Shown here one piece after another: positions 40,701 to 52,700 of a stretch of DNA of 64,000 nt. The translations under genes and the position numbers were made by a program. The notes beneath the pieces were generated by a model, which ran no database searches, was not told where the DNA came from, and worked only from the letters and a program-made list of their open reading frames with translations. Every line of letters begins with the position of its first letter. Within the stretch, counting starts at the first letter, position 1. Source of the DNA: Fodinicurvata sediminis DSM 21159 (lineage in GTDB: Bacteria > Pseudomonadota > Alphaproteobacteria > Kiloniellales > DSM-21159); the NCBI RefSeq assembly GCF_000420625.1, contig NZ_ATVH01000014.1, positions 470,348 through 534,347 on the forward strand, given 5' to 3'.

Positions 40701-43700
40701 TGGATAAGCCGGATCGAGCGGCACATAACCGGCGCCGATTGCAGCGACGCCAAGCATGGCGGCAATTGCCTGACGGCCGCGCTCCACATGCATCGCGATA
40801 AAATCACCCGGCTCGACCCCGGCCGCTGCCAAGTGGCGCGCCACGGCCCGCGCTTCGGCCAGCAATTCGCTGTAGGTCCAGGCGCCCTCGGAATCGCGGG
40901 CGGCGCAGTGCTCTGGCGAAACCGTGACCTTCGACGCAAACAGGCCAAACAGGCTGGTATCATCGGGAACAGTGGCAGCGGGACCGTTCTCCCATACCTG
41001 CAGGTGCCTGGTCTGGTCTTCGGGCAACAGCTCGATGGACCCGACCTGCTGGGCATTGGAGTGGATCAGGCGCTTCAAGGTGTTGGAGAACACCTCGCCA
41101 AGCTGTTCGATACGTGCACGGTCATAAAGGTCCGCATAGTAGTCGAAGGTGATCGCCATCCTCTCGGGCAAATCACGCACGAAGATCGAGATGTCGTTCT
41201 TGCTGTGGCGACGATCGAGGCTGATCACCTTCGGCGCAATGCCGCTGCTGTCCGATCCCGGATTTGCCGCCTGATAGTTCATGTAGGACAGCGTCACTTC
41301 CGACAGCAGAGTTCGATCCGGAGCAGCGGGAGGAGACAGGTCATCGAGAAGCTGGTCCAGGAAATAGGCCCGGTGGCGAAGGGCATTGACATGATGGTGC
41401 TGCATTCGCGCCAGCAGACCCTCGACAGTATCCCTGCCACGGACCTGCATGCGCAAAGGCAACAACGAGACCATCATCCCTGCCACATCCCGGAAACCGG
41501 TAGCATCACGAGCATCCACCGGCACGCCGATGACGAGATCCTCCGTCTCGGCAAGACGCGAGAGAACGACGAACCAGGTCGTCAGGACCAGGGTGAACAT
41601 CGTCACCCGCTGATTTGCGGCAAACTTCCGCGCCTCCCCCAGCAGCTCGGGATCAAGCTCGAACCCGACGATATCTCCCCGGAAGGTGTGATAGGCCGGG
41701 CGACGCCGATCGGCAGGCAGGTCGAGCTTGGGCAGTGAATCGGCATAGAGTGACTGCCAATAGCTCTTCGCCGACGCGAGACGCTGGCGATTGTCATCCG
41801 TGTGGCTCCACCAGGCATAATCGCGCAACTGGTAACGAAGCGGGGCAAGGTCCTCTCCGCAATGAAGTGCAAACAGTTCGCCAAGCAATCGTTCGACACT
41901 AAAGGCGTCGGCAAGTATGTGGTGGATATCGAAGAACAGGGCCGTCTTCCCGGAGGGGTCGGCCAGGAAGCGCCAGCGCACCGGGATCTCATTTTCCAGA
42001 TCGAAGGGCTCCACCAGCGCCGTACAGGCCTCTTCAACCGGCGCGTTGACCTGCGTCACGGGCAGCTCGCTGATGACCTGTGCAGCCGGCAACACCTCCA
42101 TCTGCCAGTCGTCACCATCGGGCAAGATCCGCGTGCGCAAGATTTCATGGCGCTCGGTCAGACTCCGGATTGCGGCCCGTAGACCATCAAGATCACAGTC
42201 TTCGCCAAGCACAAAGGCGTGGGGCAGGTTGAACGCGGTGCCCATGTTGCCCTTCTGCGCGGCATTCATCACCGACAACTGTTCCAGCGCCAAGGGGTAG
42301 CGCGACAACTCCGGTGCACATCGCGGGTCGGCTTCCTCGGGCGGAGCCTGGTCAACCACGTCCGCTGGCGTCTCCGCTTCCGCCTCCAGCGGGGAATCCT
42401 TCACGGCTTCCGCTTCACCGTCCGAAGGCGCCAGTTTCTCCTTCAGTTTCCGGATGCTCGAATGCTCAAACAGGTCGGTGAGGCTCACCTCATGCCCGAG
42501 TTCGCGAACTATGCGATCGGTAATTTCCATACCGGTGATGGAATCTCCGCCAAGCGCATAGAAATCCTCATCTGGATCGACCGCGTCATATCCCAGCGTT
42601 TCGGCCCAGATCGCTGCAAGCGCCTTCTCCAGACCGGCCGCCGGTCGGTCGCCTGTGCCGGCAGCGTCCTCTGGCAGTTCGCCCCCCCTGCCCGCGCCAT
42701 CGGGCGCGCTACGGGCAAGGGCCGCAACTTCCGACACGCTCGAGGCCGTGAAGAGGTCCGAGAGTGTCAAGGAAAGCCCGAGTTCCCCGTTGATCTCGTC
42801 GACGATCTGCATGCCGGTGATGGAATCACCGCCAAGCGCAAAGAAATCATCCTGTGGAGCGACGGAGTCATACCCAAGTACCGCCGCCCAGATCTTCGCG
42901 ATGCGGGCTTCCACATCACTTTCGACAGCGGGTGGCAATGCTGCTTGCGAAGAGACAGATGGGGTTATCGCTTCGGGAACGCTCTGTGGATCATCTTGCA
43001 GAAGGACGGGGTCAAGCATGGTCAGCTGTGCAGTCGAACTGCCCAGTACGCTCCGCCACAGCCTGGCGGCATCTCCCGGACGGATCCAGGCCCCCTCCTG
43101 CATCGGCACATCGTTGCGGGCAGCCATGCCCTGGTCACTGAGCGCACACCAGTCAATCGTCTGGGCTGGCCGCCCTTGGTTTCTGCGCAGCTGTGCAAAA
43201 CCATCCAGGTAGGCGTTCGCTGCCGAATAGGCTGTTTGGCCCGGCGCACCGACCACGGCCGTCAGGCTACCGAACATCATAAAGGCCTGAAGCGGATCAT
43301 TGCGGGTCAGTTGATCAAGGTTCACAGCCCCTGCAACCTTGGCCGATTGCACCGCATCGAACTGTGCCATGTCGCGCAAGGCAAGAAAGCCACCGTCCGC
43401 GATACCGGCGGCATGCACCACCGCCGTGATGGGGCCCAGTTCCTTCCGGATACGATCCAGCGTCTTACCAAGTTCAGCACTGTCGGCAACATCGCAGGCG
43501 AAGAGTGACAGCCCCATCCCCTTGCCACGCAGCGCCTCAAGACCACGCCGTGTGTCCTCGTCCAGGCCCGCTTCATCGCGCCGGCCGAGCAAGGCCAGGT
43601 GCACCTTTCCGCCTGCCGACATTTCCTCGGCCAATGCCAAGGCAAAACCGCCCGTTCCACCGGTGACAAGACATACACCGTAATCCGGCCAGCCGGCGTC

Positions 43701-46700
43701 CTCGCGCCGGTCGCTTTCCTCAAGCGGCACGAGCTTGCGCACGAAACATGATTCATCGCGATAGACAGTGACCGGATCGCGTGCGGGTTTGCAGGCCAGT
43801 TCGGCCCCCAGGCAACTCCGGAGCGTTTCGGGCGTCATGTCGGCATAGCTTATCGCAAGCCTGGGTTCTTCATGTGCAACAGCGGTCACAACGCCTGCTG
43901 TTCCGGATTGATCCGGCGCCATCGCGACATCATCGCCCGCCATCTGGAACGCACCGCACCCCAGGGTGACAAGTCGCAATCCTCCGCTCATGTTGCGCAG
44001 GACACTGCGCAGGGCTTCAGCGTTCCGGCGCGGCGCGTCCGAACCGGGCTGCAGCGCCAGCACCGCATGTGACATGTCCGAGAGAACCCTGCGATCAAGA
44101 TCGTCGGGATGCACCGCCCGGCAGCCGTGTGGCACCGGCCAGAAATCCCCATCCGTGATGAACAGGCACCCCTCGGGGATATCCTGCTGCCGCACGGCTG
44201 TCGTTTCCCAGAGGGTCTTCAGCGGTTCCGGAGCCCCTGTCCTGGCCTCACCGCCTGCGTTACCAAAGCGGATGCCGGTGACCGTCAGGACAGGTTCGAG
44301 GCTGTCGGCATCGAACAGCGTCACATCAAACTTACCGGGAGAATGTAACTGGCCGCACGCAAACACCTCTGCGCTGGATAGCCCATGAACCATGACCCGC
44401 TCTATACCGAGCGGAATGGAGCCTTCAGCCATAATATCCAGGGCCATGCTGCATGCGACATCCGCCAGGGCCGGGTGGAACAGCCAGTCGTCCAGGTCCG
44501 TGTGATACTTGTCGGCCAGTCGCAGATGCTTGATTGCAGAGGTGCTTTCCGGATCGCTCTGGAAGGATAAACTGCAATCCCAGCGCTCACTCATGGCAAC
44601 CGGGCCATACTGTCCGGTGAAGCCTGCAAGAGAGTGTGTAACCGTCGCCTTGCCTCGAATGGATGTCAGATCGGGACCGGGACGGTTGGATGCTATGACG
44701 TGCCTGTTCCATCTGGCCGTAGCAAAGACGCGCCACTTCCCATTCTTCAAACGCCCGGCCAATTCGACTTGGCCGTCCTCGTATATGCTGAGCGTCACCT
44801 TGCCATCAGGCACAGCGGACGCGACCAGTGGGTGATGCCAGGTCAGATCATCTATCCCCACCGTCCGGCCTCCGCCGTCAAGCTGCTTGACTGCCTGGGC
44901 GATCAGTGCCGGCACCGCCATGCCGACAAGAGTCGGCTGGCCGTTCAGCTTGTGCTCATTGACCGGCCAGAAGTCGGGATCACTGATGGCAAGGCTGAAG
45001 CACTGTGCCGTTGCGGTTTCCACCGGCCCCCGCAGCCAGGTTTCTAATGTTCGCTGCCCTGCCTTGAAATCCGGCTTGCAGGGCTTCTTGACGAAGGGGG
45101 CAGACGGCAAGGACACGCGCCGCGCCTGCCGCCCATCGGGCCAGCCGAGCGGCGCACCGTCAAGATAACGGATGATATGACCCTGCGCTTCTGCCGCCGT
45201 GGTGGCAGAGGCACTCCCTGCCTTGCCTTCGCCGGGAGTCTTGGCGAAACCTGCCTGACGTCGGCCATCTGCAAGCTGCGTCAGCTGGTCCAGCAATTCC
45301 TCGCGATTCTGAACTGCGACGGCAAAGCGATACTTCAGGTCATCGCGGCCTGTGGCCAGCGTGAAGGCGATATCGCGCACGGCAAGGCTGTCGTCGGACC
45401 GGATACGCTGATGAAGTTTTGCGGCATAGTCGCGCAATGCCGCCTCGCTGCCCGCTGAAAGAGCAACCACGTGGATTAAACCTGCATCGGTGTGAGCACT
45501 AATTGTGTCGATGAAGGCTTGGGCTGCTTCGACCACCATGTGCGCATTGATTCCGCTCAGGCCAAAGGAGCTGACACCCGCACGCCGTGCCTGGCCACGA
45601 TCGGGCAGTTTCTCCAACCGCTCGGGCACACGAACCGGTGAGCGGTCGAAATCGATCTTCGGATTGGGGTTTTCGAAGAAAGGTTGCGGCGGGGCGCGAT
45701 CATGGCGAAGTGCCAGGATCGCCCGCGCCAAGCCCAACGCACCGGCGGCACCGTCCAGGTGTCCGTAATTGCCCTTCCCCGATCCGATAAAGGCGGATTC
45801 AAACAGCTGATCCCTTCCTTCGAAGGCACGGGTGATGCCATCGATCTCGATCGGATCGCCGAGCGATGTCCCCGTTCCATGCGCCTCGAAATAGGAGAGG
45901 CTTGAAAGATCGATATCGGCGGATTCCGCCGCCTGTCGAATGACCTCCGCTTGCTGCATCGGGTTCGGTGCGGCCGCACCGCTGGAGGCGCCGTCTTGGT
46001 TGACTGCACTGCCGCGAATGACGGCGTGGACGGGGTCTCCATCCTTCATCGCCGCGTCGAGCGGCTTCAGGACAAAGACGGCACTGCCTTCGCCCACCCC
46101 CGTCCCATCGGCATCTGCGTCAAAGGCACGCGTGCGTGCGGTCGAGGAGTCGATTGTGAAAGCGCTGTCCGCATCGGACGGACAGGGCAGCAGCTTTGCG
46201 CCGCCGGCGATGGCGATCCTGCTGCTGCCATCACGCAAACTCTGACAGGCATCGTGGACGGCGACGAGCGAGGAGGAGCACGCCGTATCGATCACCCGGG
46301 CAGGACCATGCCAGTCCTTCAGGTAGGAAAGGCGCGCGACGATGTTGGACGGCACATTGAGGGCGAAGGCCTGCTCGGCCTTCCCGCTCGCCGCATGCTC
46401 CATGACAAGCCGCCAGGCCGGATTGGCACCACCGCCGGCAAACACGCCAACTCTCTGGCCGCGCAGGGCGTTGCCGCCATAACCGGCATTCTCCAGCGCC
46501 ATCAGGGCGGTTTCCATGAACAACCGCTGTTCGGGATCCAACAGGCTGGCGTCCGCGGGTGCCATGCGGAAACGCTGGGCATCGAAATCGAAGATGCTTT
46601 CAAGGTAGGCGGCTTCACGGAAGTGCTTGGGTGCCTTAATGCCGATGGCGGAGAGGAGAGCACGTGTTTCCGCTTCGCGTGTCACCGGAAGCGGGCGGAC

Positions 46701-49700
46701 ATGATCCTGCCCCTCTGCGATATCACGCCAGAAGGCATCCAGATCCTCGGCGCCGGCAAGCTGGACCCCCATGCCGATCACGGCAATCGGTGCAAACTCG
46801 GCCAGCTTCACTTCTGCCGCCTCGGCCAAGTCGCCCGATTTCGCATCGGCAGACTGACCGGCAAGCAGTTCGGCCTGGCGCGCAATCGAGGGGTTGGCAA
46901 AGAGGTCGGCGATCCGAAGCTTTCCCGGCCAGCGCGCCTCGATCTTCTCGAACAGTCGCAGCAACAGAAGGGAGTTTCCGCCTACATCGAAGAAGCCATC
47001 TTCGCGTGCTGGCGCAACATCCGGCAGCACCTCCTGCCAGAACCGGGTAAGTTGCGCTTCAAGCAGGCCTGCCTGCGGGTCATCCTTTTCTGTCGATTCC
47101 ACTGCGGCTTCGGCCGATCTATCGGCGGCATTCGGTGAAGCCGCCAGAGGTGCCCCGGCAAGAGCCTTGCGATCGATCTTGCCGCTGCTCGTCAGCGGCA
47201 GATGCTCGATGACGAAGAAACGGGCGGGCATCATGTACTCAGGCAAGCGACCACGCAGATAGTCACGCAAGCCAAGGGGAGTCAGGTCGTCGCTGCCCAG
47301 GATGAAGGCATGCAATTCGTCGAGTTCGCCGATCTTGACGGCCTTGACCGGCGCGCGCTCCACGGAAGGATGGCTTTCTAGGGCGGCTTCGACCTCACCG
47401 CATTCGATGCGGAAACCGCGAATCTTGACCTGATGATCGATGCGGCCGAGATACTCGATCGTCCCGTCCCGGCGCCATCGCCCCAGGTCACCGGTACGAT
47501 AGAGGCGTTGCCCGGGATTGCATGGATCTTCGGGGAATTTTTCGGCACTCAGTTCGGGACGGTTGCGGTATCCCCGTGCAACCTGAACACCGCCCAGGAC
47601 AATCTCACCGGTCACGCCGATCGGCAGCGGCTGCAGCTCCTCTGTCAGGATCTGAACCGTCGTATTGGCAATCGGTTTGCCAATCGGCACCACAGATCTG
47701 CCCGGACTGGGCGAACAGGGCTGCCAGGTCACATCCACCGTCGCCTCTGTCGGACCATAGAGATTGTGCAGTTCGGTCCCGAATCTCTCGTACAGTAGAT
47801 CGTTGAAACGCTCCACGATCGGAGCGTCCAGGGCTTCACCGCTGGCAAAGACGCGTCTGAGGCTGGACAGCTTGTCGATAGCGACCATGCCGCTTTCGAT
47901 GGCGAACAGGAAGGTCGCAAGCATCGATGGCACGAAATGCAGTGTCGTGACCCCATTGTCGTGGATTGTTTCAGCAAGCTGCTGGGGATCACGCTCGGCC
48001 CCAGGGGGCGGCAGAACGAGTTTCGCACCGGTCCACGACCACCAGAAGAGTTCCCAGACCGACACATCGAAGGTGATCGGGGTTTTCTGCAGGACAACGT
48101 CATCCGGTCCGATCGGGAAGGCGTCCTGCATCCACAGGATCCGGTTCAGGACCCCCCGATGCGCAATCTCGACTCCCTTGGGACGCCCCGTCGACCCGGA
48201 GGTAAACAGCACATAGGCAAGGTCATCCGGTCCGCCGGCGAGCTCCGGGATATCGGTATCCTCATGACCCTCGACAACGAGGACCCGGCCGTCATCGAAC
48301 AGCTCGACAAGATCCGGCGTCGTCAGCACCGGACCATCGCCAAGATCTTCAAGCATCTCCCGACGGCGCTGTTCGGGATGGTCGGGGTCGAGCGGGCTAT
48401 AAGCCGCCCCAGCCAGAAGGATGCCGTGGATAGCAGCCAGCATGTCGACGGAACGCCGCATGGCCAGGCCGACCACCTGACCGGGCCGAACGGACCTTTC
48501 CGCCAGTTTCGTGGCGATTCCGGAGGCGCGCCGCGCAAACTCCGTGTAGGTCAGGCTTTCCCGGCCATCCTGGAGCGCGACTGCATCCGGTGTCCTGCGG
48601 ACCTGATCGAGAAAGGGTTCTGGAATGCTGCGCTCGATTGGCAGATCCTGCGTGGTCGCATTGAACCGGTCGAGCTCGTCCCTTTCGCCCTCCGGCATCA
48701 TGGGCAGGCGCGAAACCGCTGTCGTGGCGCCGGAGGCAAGGGCACTGCGGCAGAGGATGTTCAGTCGTTCGACCAGAGCCGCGATGGTTTCGCGATCGAA
48801 CAGGTCGCTGTCGAACTCGATCTGACCCTGCAGGCGCCCATGACGGCGCCAGAAATAGAAGCCCAGATCGAACTTGGAGAAGGGGAACGCGGTCTCGACC
48901 AGAGAGAGCTCTGCGTCACCCAGTTTGCCCATCTCCGGGATGCCGTCCTGCCAGGCGACCAGGACGTCAAAAAGCGGATTTCGCGAAAGCTCGCGCGGTG
49001 CATTGACCGCACTTACGATGTCCTCAAAGGGCACGGCCTGATCGGACAGTGCATCCATGATCGTCCTGCTGGTGACGGCCAGATGGTCGTCGAACCGCAT
49101 CCCGGGATCGACCGACTGGCGCAGCAGCACAGTGTTGACGAAGAACCCTATGACACTGTCGAGGGCGCTATGCTCGCGCCCGGCAACCAGCATGCCCAGT
49201 GGAATGTCAGTCTGCCCGCAATGGCGATGGAGCAGGAGTTGCACAAGTGCCGTCAGGATACTGAAGGCGGTCGTGCCGCTACGCTCTGCTTTTTCCTCGA
49301 TGAGTTGGGTTGTTTCCGCGTCAAACGTGAAGTCATGGAAACCTCCGGCAAAGCGCCGTTCAGCCCCGCGCGGCCGATCCGTTGGCAGATCAAGCGGTTC
49401 GGGCAAAGGCGTCAAGCGATCTTTCCAGCGTGCGAGCGCCTCCTTGCCGGCATCGCTTTCCAGATAGGCCCGCTGCCAGCTTGCGAAATCTTCATAATGA
49501 CGCTCCAGCTCTGGCAGGACGGCGGCTTCGCTGGCCGCTTCAGCTTGATACAGAGCCGTCAGTTCCTGCAAAAGAATCGGCATGGACCAGCCGTCACAGA
49601 TCGCATGGTGCAGTGAGATCATCAGCCAGTGACGATCGCTAGCCAGGGTGATCAGGTCTGCACGCGCCATTGGCACATCATCGAGGTCGAAAGGCCGCGC

Positions 49701-52700
49701 AGCTTCACATGCAATGAAGCTGCGCGCCGATGCCTCATCCATTCGATGGCGGCGCAAGCTCCAGGACCCGCCGGGGGCTAGATACTGGCTGACTCCATCC
49801 GGATGTCCGGGGTCGCTCCTGAAGCGTAGGCGCAGTGCATGCTGGCGCTCTTCCAAGGCATGAAGCGCGCGCTGCAGGGCCTCGGCATCAACGGAACCAT
49901 CGATCTGGAGCGTTGCCGGAACCGAATAAACGGCAAGATCCGGCTGCATGCGCTGCAGGACCCAAAGCCGGGCCTGACCGCTTGAAAGCGGGAAGCGCTC
50001 GCCGCGTGCCCTGGGCAAGCTGCTAGAGCCCGTTGTCCCTCCCTGGCTATCCACAAGTGCCGCCAGGTTCGCAACTGTGCGTGACGTGAAGATATCCTGA
50101 AGCTTTGGACGGAAACCGGTTTCCTTTTCGATCAGGCCGGCAAGCCGCATGGCGATCAGGCTATGCCCGCCAAGGGCGAAGAAATCGGAAGCCGGCGTGA
50201 TCTCGTTACCGGCGAACAGGCTTTCAAACAGGGCGAGGACGAGCTGTTCTGAAGCGCTATTCGCAGTGGCTGCCTGTACCGGGGTGTCCTCGGCACTTGC
50301 GATCATGGAATGCAGCGCCTTGCGATCCACCTTGCCATTGGCATTGACCGGCAGGTGGTCCAGCACAACGACCCGTTCCGGGATCATGTACTCGGGAAGC
50401 GCGCGCGCCGCTGCGGCAATCCATGAATCGCGATGGTCGCAATCAGCGGCGATTGCAGCGCCAAGAAAGGCATCGGCACCTTTGCCCATAGTCAGGACGC
50501 AGATATTTCGGATGCCCTCCAATTCGGAGAACTTCTGCTCTACCGCCGCAAGCTCGATCCGGTGTCCACGGATCTTGACTTGGCCATCCCCGCGTCCACC
50601 GAATTCGATGGTGCCATCGCTACGCCAGCGGGCCCGATCCCCGGTTCTGTATAGCCGCTCCTCGGCGATATTGCCGTACTGCACGAAGGATCTGGCTGTT
50701 CGTTCGGGAGCGCCACTGTACCCCAGTGCCAGGCCATCACCCGCAGCATGAAGCGTGCCCCAGCAGTCGGTTGGCGCCACTTGGCTCCTGCTGTCCAGAA
50801 CGTAGACCCGGGTATTGCCGATTGGCCTGCCGATGGGGATGTTGCTGGCGGAAACATCCTGCCCGGTGATCCTGTGCGTGCAGGTGAATGTCGTGTTCTC
50901 GGTCGGGCCATAGCCGTTGATCAGCGTCAGATTGGGACAGGCCTGCATGACCTTCATGACATGCGCAGGGCTCAGCGCCTCTCCTCCGGTCATGAGGCGC
51001 TCCAAGGACGCGAAGGCTGTCGGAAGATCGTCGGCTATGCGGTTGAACAGGCTGGACGTCAGCCACAGGCTCGTCACCCCGCACGTATCAAGAGTGTCCT
51101 TCAGTGCGTTGGGATCGAATAGCGTATCATCCTCGATGACTTGAAGCCGCCCACCATTGAGAAGCGGCGCCCAGATCTCGAGCGTCGAAGCATCGAAGCC
51201 AAGAGACGCCGCTTGAGCGATCACATCCTCCGGCCCGAAAGGCAAAGCCACATTGTTCAGAACAAGGCGCGCAACAGCCCGGTTCGGCACCAGAACGCCC
51301 TTGGGCTTTCCGGTCGAACCCGAAGTGAACATGACATAGGCCAGGTCATGCCCCCTGCGCTTTGCAGGAACGGCGTCCCGTGCCCTGCCGTCCTGGTCCT
51401 CGCCACCGCCTTTCGGAAGCGACGTGACCTGGAAGCTGTCTTCAAGTTCGGACAGGCGCGCGCGTTCGCGCGGATCACATAGCAGTGTCCGCGCGTCGCA
51501 CTCGTTCATGAGGTCGGCAACCGTCCTGGCAGGCAGGGACCGGTCAATCGGCAGATAGGCCGCCCCATGCCAGACCAGACCCAGGATCGTAAGGATGCTG
51601 TCCAGACCACGCGCGGCGGCCAGGCCGACGGTCTCCCCCGCCCTGACGCCGCTTTCGTCGAGTTCCGCAGAAATCGCAGCCAGCCGGTTTCCCAGCTCAC
51701 GATAGGTGATCCGGGACCTGCCATCCTCAAGAGCCACCCGCTCAGCAGAATCCGGATGGTTGATGCGCTGTGCCAGCAGTTCGCCAAGACCGGAATCTCT
51801 TGGATAATCCGATTGCGTCGCGTTGAACGCCGTTTCCAGAAGGTGCTTTTCATCTGCCGGAATCAGGTCGACATCGCCGATCGGTTGCGAGGGATCCCTG
51901 GCAAGAGCGCAGGCAAAGTTCAGGAAACGATCCGTAAAACGTTTCACCCAGTCGACGCTGAAGGCGGCTGTTTGATGTTCCACCGCCAGATAGGTACCGG
52001 ATGCGAATTTGACCAGCGCGATCAGCAGCGGGAACTTCCCGGCGCCAACATCGATGTCGGTGACATCCTCCACGTCCTCATGAATTTCGATGACGCTGAC
52101 GGCATCGAACGGCAAATCGGCAGGGCCTTGCGCGTGTTTCGAGAGCCCCTGGATCAGGCGCGTAAGCGGATAGTCCTGCACATCCATAATCGAGAGGATT
52201 TCGCGCCCGACCTGCTTCAGCAGCACATCAAAACCTGCGTCCATATCAGGCGTAATGGCAATCGGCAGGACATTTGCAAAACAACCAAGCGCATGCAGGC
52301 TTTCGCGATCCGCACGCCCGGAAAACGGTAGGCCAAGACAGGCTGCGCCATCCTCTCTGTGGCGCGCGATGACTGCAATCACAAGTGCCATCCAAAGCGC
52401 TGATTGGGTCGCTTTCTCGGCATGGCGCGCTAGTGTCTCCAGCGCTTCGGCTTGGGCTGGTGTCAACTCGACCAGATGGCGTTTGGCCCGATCCTCCTTT
52501 TCCGCAAAGGGGTCGCTTGGCAAGCCCTCGGCCAGAAGCTGGTCGTACCGCTGTTCCCAGAATTCGACAGCCTTGCGTCCACGCTCGCCGGCCAGTTCCC
52601 GGTGAGCGCGCCGGGATAGAGCCTCGGCACTGGATGGGGTTTGCGGCTGCCCGCCTGATAGCTCCTCGAGCAGTTCCTTGCGCAACAACGCGATGGATTG

